DNA of 64,000 nucleotides from Bacteroidota bacterium (GTDB taxonomy: Bacteria > Bacteroidota > Rhodothermia > Rhodothermales > JBCDJV01). The stretch covers positions 26,857 to 90,856 of the forward strand of contig JBCDJV010000003.1 in the NCBI GenBank assembly GCA_038747425.1, in the 5' to 3' direction. The position numbers were made by a program, and so were the translations under genes. Positions 18,990 to 27,368 of this stretch are shown here, one piece after another. The notes under the pieces are model-generated. The model was not told the origin of the DNA and ran no database searches. It worked only from the letters and a program-made list of their open reading frames with translations. How positions within the stretch are numbered: position 1 is the first letter of the stretch; every line of letters begins with the position of its first letter.

Positions 18990-20090
18990 TCAATGCAATG
19001 CCCGTTCCAACGCGGCCAAAAATGTGTTGTTCTCTTCGGACGTGCCGGCGTTCACGCGCATGTAGCCCTTCAAATCAGCATACCCACTCATGTTTCGGAT
19101 GAGGACGCCTTGCTCGCTGAGGCGGGCCAGCATCGTATCGGTCGGGTGGGGCGTCCGAAACAGCAAGAAGTTGGCCGAGGTGGGCATGACATCCACCGAC
19201 GGGAGGGCAGCCAGGGCGTCGTGGAGCTGGGCACAGCTCGTCTTCATCGCCTCCACTCGCTCCTCGATCAGGGCTGGGCGGCGTAGCAGCGCCAGGGCGG
19301 CCTGCTCGGCGAGGCGGTCCACCATGAAGGGCAGACGGGACTTAGCGATCTCGCGAGCCACGTCGGGGTGCGCCATCAGGTAGCCTAGGCGCACGCCCGC
19401 TAGGCCGAACGCCTTCGAGAAGGTACGCATCACCAGCACGTTGGGGTGGTCCTGGAGCAGCGTCTGGGCGCTGGGCTCCTCGTTGAACTCGACGTAGGCC
19501 TCATCCACCACCACGAAACCCGGCGACGCCTGGACGATGGCCTCTACCTCGGCAAAGGGCATGGCCAGACCGGTGGGGTTGTTGGGCGTGGTGACCACGG
19601 TCAGCGCGGGCTGCACGGCCTCAATCGCCTCTAGGAGCGCCTCCGTGTCGAAGCTAAGGTCGGCGCGAGGCGGCACCGAGGTCAGCGCGCCGTCGTACAG
19701 GCGCACCACCTTCTCATAGAGCGAGAACATGGGCTGCGGCAGCAGCACCGGAGCGCCCGGCGTGATGAAGCAGAGGCCCAGCGTGTAGGTCAGCTCGTTG
19801 GAGCCATTGCCCACGATGAGGCCTTCGGGGGCGTGGCCGGTGTAGGCGGCCAGCGCCTCGATGAGGGCGTACGGCTGCTCGGACGGATAGCGATGCGCCT
19901 CCAGGCCGCCCAGCGCCTCCACCAGTTCTTGCCGAATGGGGGCGGGCAGGTCGTACGGGCTCTCATTTTGATTCAGCTTGACCCGCGTGGACGGCGGCGT
20001 GGCCACCAGGTAGGGATGCTGAGCCCGGACCGAGGGCCGGATGAGCGGCATGAGCTCTTCGAGCGAGGCGGTGGCAGCAGAGGCAGGCAT
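18990..20090 (-). CDS. hisC: Histidinol-phosphate aminotransferase
   Basis: 366 aa class II aminotransferase. KLNQNESPY, GNGSNEL and the PLP-lysine context RTFSKAFGLAGVRLGY. Adjacent to hisD. Confidence 0.9.
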   Translation of the reverse strand: MPASAATASLEELMPLIRPSVRAQHPYLVATPPSTRVKLNQNESPYDLPAPIRQELVEALGGLEAHRYPSEQPYALIEALAAYTGHAPEGLIVGNGSNELTYTLGLCFITPGAPVLLPQPMFSLYEKVVRLYDGALTSVPPRADLSFDTEALLEAIEAVQPALTVVTTPNNPTGLAMPFAEVEAIVQASPGFVVVDEAYVEFNEEPSAQTLLQDHPNVLVMRTFSKAFGLAGVRLGYLMAHPDVAREIAKSRLPFMVDRLAEQAALALLRRPALIEERVEAMKTSCAQLHDALAALPSVDVMPTSANFLLFRTPHPTDTMLARLSEQGVLIRNMSGYADLKGYMRVNAGTSEENNTFLAALERALH

Positions 20091-20143
20091 GGCACGAGGT
20101 GGATGAACGCGGTGGCGGGGAGGGCGTGAACCCGAGGGTCCGC

Positions 20144-21436
20144 TCAGGGATCCAGGCGGCGGAGACGCACGGCGATGGCCTCGGCGTGGGCCGTCAGCTC
20201 CTCCGCCTGGGCAAAGGCCACGATGTCCGGGCCGGTCTGCCGAAGGCGGTCCGCGGTGTAGGAGATGATGGACTGCTTGCGGATGAAATCATCCACGCTG
20301 AGTGCAGAGGCATACCGGGCTGTGCCCCCGGTGGGCAGCACATGGTTGGGCCCCGCAAAGTAGTCGCCCACGGGCTCCGACGAGTACGGCCCGAGGAAGA
20401 TAGCCCCGGCATGCTTGATGCGCGTGAGGGTCTGCCAGGGATCTTCCACGATCACCTCCAAGTGCTCGGGCGCGAGCTCGTTGGTCATGTCCAGGGCCTG
20501 TTCCATGGTCTCGGTGACGATGAGGGCCCCGTACGCAGGAAGGGACGTCTCCATGATGGCGCGGCGGCTCAGCGTGGGCACCATCCGCTCCACGTGCGCT
20601 TGCACGGCCTCCGCCAGCGGCCGATGGGGCGTTACCAGGATGGCCGAGGCGCGGACGTCGTGCTCGGCCTGGGAGAGTAGGTCGGCCGCCACGTATTCAG
20701 GGTCAGCGGAGGCATCGGCCAGGATCAGGATCTCGCTGGGGCCGGCCACAGAGTCAATGTCTACCGGGCCGTAGACCTGCTTCTTGGCGGCCGCTACGTA
20801 GGCATTGCCGGGCCCCACGATCTTGTCCACCCGCGGGATGGTCTCGGTTCCATAGGCCAAGGCTGCGACGGCCTGTGCGCCTCCCACGGCGTAGACCTGG
20901 TCGAGCCCCAGGAAGTGCGCGGTGCCCAACACCAGCGGGTGCGGCTGGCCGTCGGCGCCGGGGGGCGAGACCAGGTGGATGGACGGCACGCCCGCCACCT
21001 GCGCTGGGATGGCATTCATGAGCAGGCTGGACGGATAGAAGGCCGCCCCTCCTGGTACGTAGAGGCCCGCTCGTTCCAGCGGCAGGACCCGCTGGCCCAG
21101 GATGACCCCGTCGCCGTCGTCCGTGAACCAGGAGCGCTGGAGCTGCTGGGCATGAAACCGGCGGATATTGTCGGCCGCGTCGGCGATGATGCGGCGCAGC
21201 GAGGGCGCCATGGCGGCATAGGCCTCCGCGAGCGCCTCAGGCGAGATCCGTAGCGCTGGCGGACGCACGCCGTCGAACCGCTCGGTGAACGCGAGCACGG
21301 CGTCATCGCCCTGGGTACGGACCTCAGCCAGGATGGCGGCCACGGCGGCGTCCACCTCCTCGTTGAACGAGGCATCCCGGCTCAGGATGGCCGTCAGCTT
21401 CTCATGGCGGTCCGCGTAGTCAACAAGCGCAATCAT
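20144..21436 (-). CDS. hisD: Histidinol dehydrogenase
   Basis: ATG at 21436 (MIALVDY...). Conserved blocks: YVPGG.A.YPSS, IVGPGNAYVAAAK, SQAEHD, GDYFAGPNHVLPT. Confidence 0.92.
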   Translation of the reverse strand: MIALVDYADRHEKLTAILSRDASFNEEVDAAVAAILAEVRTQGDDAVLAFTERFDGVRPPALRISPEALAEAYAAMAPSLRRIIADAADNIRRFHAQQLQRSWFTDDGDGVILGQRVLPLERAGLYVPGGAAFYPSSLLMNAIPAQVAGVPSIHLVSPPGADGQPHPLVLGTAHFLGLDQVYAVGGAQAVAALAYGTETIPRVDKIVGPGNAYVAAAKKQVYGPVDIDSVAGPSEILILADASADPEYVAADLLSQAEHDVRASAILVTPHRPLAEAVQAHVERMVPTLSRRAIMETSLPAYGALIVTETMEQALDMTNELAPEHLEVIVEDPWQTLTRIKHAGAIFLGPYSSEPVGDYFAGPNHVLPTGGTARYASALSVDDFIRKQSIISYTADRLRQTGPDIVAFAQAEELTAHAEAIAVRLRRLDP

Positions 21437-21459
21437 AGGGGCAAGGCAGGTAACACAAC

Positions 21460-21485
21460 GAGGCCGAGCCACAGGGCTCGGCCTC
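21460..21485 (-). other. Perfect 11-bp GC-rich stem-loop (GAGGCCGAGCC-ACAG-GGCTCGGCCTC) between the PUR gene and hisD
   Basis: Read directly. Lies 24 nt upstream of the hisD ATG on the transcribed strand and about 115 nt downstream of the PUR-protein stop. The flanking U-tract is only weak. Confidence 0.4.
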
Positions 21486-21599
21486 TCAGTATCGCGGGGT
21501 CCCGGGTGAGGTTCTGCGAGAAGGGCACCCAGCGCCCCACCACGCTACATTTTTTCAAACCTTTCAAACGGACCGCCCCCAAGGGGGTGCGGAGCCGCC

Positions 21600-21965
21600 C
21601 TACTCGTCGTAGTAGTCGGCGTCGTCAGGCACCGGTAGGTCGGGCAGGTCGCGGAACTCGTAGTCGGGCAGGTGCTCGTCCTGGATGTGGCGCACCACCT
21701 CGTGTAGGGCGGAGACGAACTTGCCGAAGTCCTCCTTGTAGAGGAAGATCTTGTGTTTCTCGTAGCGGTTCTCGTCGACGCGCTTGCTCTCCGTGATGGT
21801 GATGAAGAAGTCGGTCTCGGAGCGGGTGGTCTTGACGTCGAAGAAGTAGGTCCGCTTGCCGGCGGGCACGCGCCGCGAGTACACTTCGTCACGCCGGGAG
21901 CGGCCGCGGGTGTTGGAGTGGCCATTGGAGGACTCGCGGGGGCCAGAATCGTGCTCGTAGCTCAT
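21600..21965 (-). CDS. PUR-family (DUF3276) nucleic-acid-binding protein
   Basis: ATG at 21965 (MSYEHDSG...). KRTYFFDVKTTRSETDFFITITESKR...HKIFLYKEDFGKF is the Bacteroidota PUR-alpha-like repeat signature. Confidence 0.8.
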   Translation of the reverse strand: MSYEHDSGPRESSNGHSNTRGRSRRDEVYSRRVPAGKRTYFFDVKTTRSETDFFITITESKRVDENRYEKHKIFLYKEDFGKFVSALHEVVRHIQDEHLPDYEFRDLPDLPVPDDADYYDE

Positions 21966-22131
21966 GAAGATGGGGGTACGGCAGGGCCATGACGGGCCAC
22001 ACCCTGCCCAACTCCCTACGCGGTGAACACTCGGACGGCTGCGACGGGGCTGAGCGCCCGAGGGCGCTACTGGACCCGGCGCAGCTTCAGGACAACAAGT
22101 GGGTGGAGCCTGTGCCTGGACCTGCCACTGG

Positions 22132-22941
22132 TTAGCAAGATCGGGCGGAATATACAATGCCCCGTATCAGACGTTCAAGCGTGGTCCGGACTTGTTGCCC
22201 TACCTCCAGCACCTCGTCGTGAGACAGGGGCACCGGGCTGAGGCCGGCCGCCGGGTTGGTGATGGTGGAGAGGGCCAGCACTCGCATCCCTAACCGATGG
22301 GCCATCAACACTTCGGGCACGGTACTCATCCCCACCGCATCGGCGCCCAGGCGCGCGAAGGCCCGGATCTCGGCCTTGGTCTCGTAGCTCGGCCCCAGCA
22401 CCCACACATAGCTGCCTTGCTCCACCGCGATCCCCTCCGCCAGCGCCAGTTCCTGCACCTGCGCCCGCCAGACGGGGTCGTACGGCGAGGGGGCCGGTCT
22501 GGCCTGAGCGGCCCAGCCGGTCACCGCTAGCGGTGGCGCCGTGTGGGTCCAGTTGAGATGGTCGGTCAGCAGCATGAGGGTTCCGGGCACAAAGCGCGGG
22601 TTGATGCCACCCGCGGCATTGGTAACCAGCAGCCGCTCCACCCCCAGCGCATGTAGCAGACGCACCGGCATGGTCACCGCCTCCATGCCGTGCCCCTCAT
22701 ACCGATGGGCACGCCCCTGCACGAACACCACCGAGCGCCCCTCCAAGGTGCCGAACACGAGCCGCCCGTGGTGCCCAGACACGGTGCTCGTCGGGTAGCC
22801 GGGCACACCGGCCGTCTCGACGATGACGGGGTCTTCGGCCGCCTCGGCCAGGACGCCCAAGCCGGACCCCAGGATGAGGCCTATCTCGGGGTGTGCATCG
22901 GTGTGTTGGCGGATGTGCTGGACGGCGGCGTCGAGGGCCAT
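22132..22941 (-). CDS. Purine nucleoside phosphorylase (trimeric PNP/PunA type)
   Basis: IGLILGSGLG...GHHGRLVFG...VFVQGRAHRYEG...LLVTNAAGGIN...GMSTVPE. Confidence 0.88.
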   Translation of the reverse strand: MALDAAVQHIRQHTDAHPEIGLILGSGLGVLAEAAEDPVIVETAGVPGYPTSTVSGHHGRLVFGTLEGRSVVFVQGRAHRYEGHGMEAVTMPVRLLHALGVERLLVTNAAGGINPRFVPGTLMLLTDHLNWTHTAPPLAVTGWAAQARPAPSPYDPVWRAQVQELALAEGIAVEQGSYVWVLGPSYETKAEIRAFARLGADAVGMSTVPEVLMAHRLGMRVLALSTITNPAAGLSPVPLSHDEVLEVGQQVRTTLERLIRGIVYSARSC

Positions 22942-22956
22942 GGCGGGGTGGGTCAG

Positions 22957-25656
22957 TCAGGACAGGGAGGGTTCCGTGCGGCTCGCCTCGGCCCCGTTGG
23001 AGGGCGGGTGTAACACAGGAAGCAGCTTGAGTACCATCATGGTCATGTCGTCTTGGCGCCCAGCGGCCTCCACGAAGCGGTGGACGTCCTCGGTGACCAT
23101 GCGCAGCACTTCGGCCGCGGGCCGGTGCTGCACCTCGGCCACCTTGTCGGCCAGCCGGTCGTCGCCATAGAGCTCACGGTGGCGATCCATCGCCTCGGAG
23201 AAGCCGTCGGTGTAGAGGACCACGACGTCCCCGGGGCGCAGCGTGATCGTCACCTCCTCGATGACGTCGTCGAAGCGGGGCCCCACGCTGAGGCCGATGG
23301 CCAGCCCAGGCGGCTGAAGCACCTGGGGCGGACGGCCAACGCCACGCCCCACAATCACGGGGTTGTGGCCCGCGCGCGCGAACGTGAACGTCCCCTGCTC
23401 CACGTCCAGGACGCCGTAGATCATGGAGATGAAGGTTCCTCGGGGCACGTTGTTGAAGAACAGCGTATTGAGGTTGCGCAGCACCTCGGCCGGCGAGGTC
23501 AGGGTCCGGCACAGGGTCTGCAAGAAGCCTTTGGTGAGGGTCATGAAGAACGCCGCCTGGATGCCCTTGCCGCTCACATCGCCAATCACCACCCCCAGGC
23601 GCCCTCCGTCCAGCTCCACCACGTCGTAGTAGTCGCCGCCCACCTCCTGCGCGGCCAAGCACATGGCCGAGAGGTCTACGCCGGGCACGTCGGGCATACG
23701 CCGGGGCAGAAAGAACCCCTGCACCTGGTGGGCAATCTCCAGCTCACGCTGCATGCGCTCCTGCAAGGCCAGCTCCTGGATGTACCCCGGGACGTACTCC
23801 TCCGCCTCTTGGCTCCGCTCTGGACGCAACGCCCCCCACAACCCAACGCCTACCACCAAGCCCGTCCAAATCAGCAGCAGATACCAGTCGATCTGCGAGG
23901 GATGGTCCGTCACCAGCCAGACTTCACCCACGGTGAGATAAAGCACCGTCATCCAGCCGGCCACGAACAGGGTGAACAGGTCGAAGGTCCAGAAAATGAG
24001 CGCAGCCGCCACGCCGGTCATCACAGCCAGGATGTACTGGGCCTCCAGCGGCGCCACATCCATCGGATTCAGGCTGGTCCCGCCAATCAGCACAATGGCC
24101 ACGAGGAGCAAGGACGCCAGCCGCCCCTTTCGATCCACCAAGCCGGCCACCCCGATCAGCACCAGCCAGATAAGGATGGTGATACCGGCGGCGGCGCCGC
24201 TGATCATCAGGAAGGGCGAGATGAACTGATCAAGCAGCCGAGGACCGTCCACCTGAATGTACCAGTGGGGCACAAGGGCCACGACGCCCACATACACCCC
24301 CAAGAGCCCCCCCCCGATCAACGTACCGCGCACCAGCCCGGTCCCCACAGCTCGGTTACGCAAGCGGCCTTGGCGGAGCAGGTTGGAGGCCACCATCTTG
24401 TCAGGCCAAATCACATAGCCCAGCGAGAAACTGGCCCCGGTCACCACGACGCTCAGGGCGGTGAGGAGGGCAAAGAGAAACAAGCCCGAGGCCAAAAACG
24501 AGAGCGCCGCCGTCAGCATGGTAGACGTGGGCGCCTCCAGGTCGGCGTCAATCAAGAAGTCCAGCCCCAGAGGAAGCAGCGCGCTCACCGTGATCAGGCC
24601 GGCATCGATGAGGGCGGCCTTCGTGTCCAAGCGCCGTTTCAGCAGGCGCCGGATGAACAGGAAAAACATCACCGACAGCGCCAGCACCCCCAGGGACGTG
24701 CTGGCGATCACCGCCACCTGCCGGGGGCTGAGGCCCGTGTCGAACTCACGGGGGACCATGGCGTCGAACGTGGCGTCGAGATCGAGAAAGGCGCCGGCGG
24801 CCGTGAGGCCCACCTCAACCTGGGCGTTCTGCCCCAGCCACGGCTCGGTGAGCGCGAAGCGGACGCGGGCTACCTGGCCTCCGCCTTCCACGGGCACCCA
24901 GGTGGAATCCCTCACCAGATCGCGCTCACCCCAGACGGTCCGGTCCAGGTGGTGCCGCGCCATGGCTTCCGTGGCGCCTTCACTCCATCTGAAGAACCCT
25001 CCACCCGCTAGAAACCGGGCCACAAGGCTATCGGGCGACAGCGTTGAGGCCGCCTCGGCCGTGGCCTCGAAGGTCATCCGATCGGTGAGGATGGAGTCCG
25101 GCAGGGCGGAGAGCACCGTATCGGGCACCAGCAGGCCGGCGGCCTGTTCGGCCTCGAACGCCGCCACCAGCGCGCCGCGATTGAGACGCGTCTGCAGTGC
25201 CTGGCGCAGGTACAACCGATCCGTGGCTTCGCTGTGCTCCACCTTCCAGATAGCGCCCTGCTGCGTCAGGGAGATCACGTATTCGCGATCGTCGTCCTCG
25301 TCCTCTGGCGTCCACGTCACACGCCACCCGTAGGCGGGGAACTGCTGTCCGGCGTCGCTGGCCAGTGCGGCCAGGCCTTCAGCGCGACCCAGACGGCGCT
25401 GCAGCGAGTCGATCAGCGTGGTCTGGCGCCGGAAGTTCACGGTGGGCTCCAGGCCCTGGGCTTCCAGCCCAAACCGGAACAGCGCCTCACGTGCGCGCTG
25501 CCTAGCGTTGTCTTCGCCCAGCGCAAAGGTGGCCGTTGCGTTAGGGCTCAGCCCAGGCAGCACGAGCACGTAGACCAGCACCCCGGCGGCCGCCAGAGCA
25601 GCCAAGATCAGGTCGATGCGGCCAATACGTCGAAACGGGCGAGGGGCCTTAGCCAT
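22957..25656 (-). CDS. Membrane-bound SpoIIE/PP2C-family serine phosphatase with a large N-terminal extracytoplasmic domain and a multi-TM region
   Basis: 899 aa. One N-terminal TM, an extracytoplasmic region of about 290 aa, about 10 hydrophobic helices, then the PPM core (GGDYYDV...GDVSGKGIQAAFFM...LYTDGFSEA...DDMTMMVLKL). Confidence 0.85.
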   Translation of the reverse strand: MAKAPRPFRRIGRIDLILAALAAAGVLVYVLVLPGLSPNATATFALGEDNARQRAREALFRFGLEAQGLEPTVNFRRQTTLIDSLQRRLGRAEGLAALASDAGQQFPAYGWRVTWTPEDEDDDREYVISLTQQGAIWKVEHSEATDRLYLRQALQTRLNRGALVAAFEAEQAAGLLVPDTVLSALPDSILTDRMTFEATAEAASTLSPDSLVARFLAGGGFFRWSEGATEAMARHHLDRTVWGERDLVRDSTWVPVEGGGQVARVRFALTEPWLGQNAQVEVGLTAAGAFLDLDATFDAMVPREFDTGLSPRQVAVIASTSLGVLALSVMFFLFIRRLLKRRLDTKAALIDAGLITVSALLPLGLDFLIDADLEAPTSTMLTAALSFLASGLFLFALLTALSVVVTGASFSLGYVIWPDKMVASNLLRQGRLRNRAVGTGLVRGTLIGGGLLGVYVGVVALVPHWYIQVDGPRLLDQFISPFLMISGAAAGITILIWLVLIGVAGLVDRKGRLASLLLVAIVLIGGTSLNPMDVAPLEAQYILAVMTGVAAALIFWTFDLFTLFVAGWMTVLYLTVGEVWLVTDHPSQIDWYLLLIWTGLVVGVGLWGALRPERSQEAEEYVPGYIQELALQERMQRELEIAHQVQGFFLPRRMPDVPGVDLSAMCLAAQEVGGDYYDVVELDGGRLGVVIGDVSGKGIQAAFFMTLTKGFLQTLCRTLTSPAEVLRNLNTLFFNNVPRGTFISMIYGVLDVEQGTFTFARAGHNPVIVGRGVGRPPQVLQPPGLAIGLSVGPRFDDVIEEVTITLRPGDVVVLYTDGFSEAMDRHRELYGDDRLADKVAEVQHRPAAEVLRMVTEDVHRFVEAAGRQDDMTMMVLKLLPVLHPPSNGAEASRTEPSLS

Positions 25657-25741
25657 GCAGAGGGTGGAGGGTCAGCAGCACATGAGCGGTGTGGGACGCG
25701 GGATCCACGGTCCGTGGCACCACAGCCCGAAGATACGATCT

Positions 25742-26425
25742 TCAGTCACATAGATCGTCATCGCGTTCCAGTTCCTCCACCAGTTGGCGGATCACGTCGT
25801 ACTCGAACCCCCTCCGCACCAAGAAGTCGGACAGCTTTCGGCGCCGCTTGTAGGCATCGGGCTCATGAACCAGGCGGCGCCACCGGCGCCGCGCATGGCG
25901 GCGGGCCGCCTCCAGCGGGTCGGCCTGCTCGGCCAGTTCAGCCAGGGCCTCGTCGATGAGTGGCGCCGACACCCCGCGCCGCCGTAGCTCGTCGCGGATG
26001 CGGCGGGGGCCGTAGCCTCGGCTCCGGTAACGCGCTTGGGTGTAGGCCCGCGCATAGGCCGCGTCGTTGAGATAGCCCAGCTCGCGCAGTCGATCGAGCG
26101 TCTGCTCGGTCACCGCCTCCCCGAAACCCACCTGCCGAAGCTTGCGCCGCACTTCCTCCTCGGTGCGTCCGCGGTGGGCCAGAAAGTGAAGAGCCCGGGC
26201 CCGAGCCAGATGATACTGGTCGGCCGCCAGCACCGCCTGCTGATCCTCCACGGAGAGCCTCTGCCCTGGGTACAGGCCTTGCTCCAACACCACATCCTGG
26301 TAGACCCCAAAGGCAAAGGCTCCGTCGAGGAAGACCGACAGGCGATGGGGGTTCTTTCGCTGCGGCTGGAGGTCGGTGATGGTGCCCGGGCCCTGGGGCT
26401 CGTAGCGTTCAGGGGCGTCGTCCAT
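25742..26425 (-). CDS. recX: Regulatory protein RecX
   Basis: 227 aa. Repeated three-helix RecX pattern (ARARALHFLAHRGRTEEEVRRKL..., YLNDAAYARAY..., KLSDFLVRRGFEYDVI). Confidence 0.8.
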   Translation of the reverse strand: MDDAPERYEPQGPGTITDLQPQRKNPHRLSVFLDGAFAFGVYQDVVLEQGLYPGQRLSVEDQQAVLAADQYHLARARALHFLAHRGRTEEEVRRKLRQVGFGEAVTEQTLDRLRELGYLNDAAYARAYTQARYRSRGYGPRRIRDELRRRGVSAPLIDEALAELAEQADPLEAARRHARRRWRRLVHEPDAYKRRRKLSDFLVRRGFEYDVIRQLVEELERDDDLCD

Positions 26426-26480
26426 GGCGGCGAAGCGTCAAACGGTAAAATGGGACCACTGATACGAACCGGCTGGGGGG

Positions 26481-27368
26481 TCAGGATCCAGGCAACCCAG
26501 CCACGGACACCGGCAGGCGCAACGTATCGAGGGCCACCCCCACAGCCACCCCTAGCCCGCCCTCCACGTTGGTTACGGGCTCACGCCGCTCCGGGGCGTC
26601 TCCGCTGGATAGGAAGCGGGCATAGGCCTCCGTGCCTCGGAGGACCGCCACGCGGAGGGTGTGCTGTGGCAGTGGAGTCGCCGGGGTCTCCACCGCCAGC
26701 GCGTACACCCCGGTCCAGCGACGGCTTCCCGTGGCCTGTCGCTGGTAGGCGACCTCCCGCTTCACCTCCTCGGTGCGCAGGAACAGGTCCACCACGCCGG
26801 AGGACAAAGCCGCCTCACTCTGCAGTTGAGCACGCACCCAGTAGAGGCTATCGGGGTCCAGGGTAGGCACCCAAGACAGTTCGACTTCAATCAGGTACAC
26901 AAAGGCCGAGGCCGCGGGGCCGCCCAGCGAATCGATGAGCACCGCTTCCACCGGGGTCTCAGGCGCCCGGACCGCCACGCTATCCAGGCGGATGGGCGGC
27001 GGAATTCGATCCTGCGCACGGGCCTCCCCGCCGGCCCAACGCACCGCCATCGAGAACGTCCTCCCGGCCGGGAGGACGGACTGATCGCCTGCGGGTACAA
27101 ACAGGCCGTCTCCGGCCGGCTCATACCGTACCGTGCGCCCCTCTACCTCCAGGGTGAGCTCAGCCTCATCAAGGCCTGCCAGATCTCCATCGAGGCTCGT
27201 AGCCTCCAGCGCTTGAGTCTGGCGCAGCAAGACGGAGGGCGGCACCTCATCTGGACGCACGAATGCTTCCACCACCAGTTGCCCCGCCTCGTCCGTGCCG
27301 GTCCCGTCGCACCCGTTCAGGCTGTAGGTCAGGAGCACAAGCAGGACTGCTAGGGCGCACCGTCTCAC
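26481..27368 (-). CDS. DUF4249-like lipoprotein (partner of the upstream TonB-dependent receptor)
   Basis: Lipobox LLTYSLNGC. GTG start overlaps the receptor stop (GTGA at 27365..27368). The position downstream of a CarboxypepD_reg-type TonB receptor is typical of this family. Confidence 0.55.
   Translation of the reverse strand: MRRCALAVLLVLLTYSLNGCDGTGTDEAGQLVVEAFVRPDEVPPSVLLRQTQALEATSLDGDLAGLDEAELTLEVEGRTVRYEPAGDGLFVPAGDQSVLPAGRTFSMAVRWAGGEARAQDRIPPPIRLDSVAVRAPETPVEAVLIDSLGGPAASAFVYLIEVELSWVPTLDPDSLYWVRAQLQSEAALSSGVVDLFLRTEEVKREVAYQRQATGSRRWTGVYALAVETPATPLPQHTLRVAVLRGTEAYARFLSSGDAPERREPVTNVEGGLGVAVGVALDTLRLPVSVAGLPGS

Noticed and set aside
21437-21599. Classical histidine-operon attenuator with a His-rich leader peptide
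   Set aside because: No run of His codons or short leader ORF is present on the transcribed strand. Only generic hairpins are seen.
23053-25011. 652-aa plus-strand ORF
   Set aside because: It is antisense to the SpoIIE-type phosphatase gene. It is His/Arg/Gly/Pro/Gln-rich with no recognisable domain.
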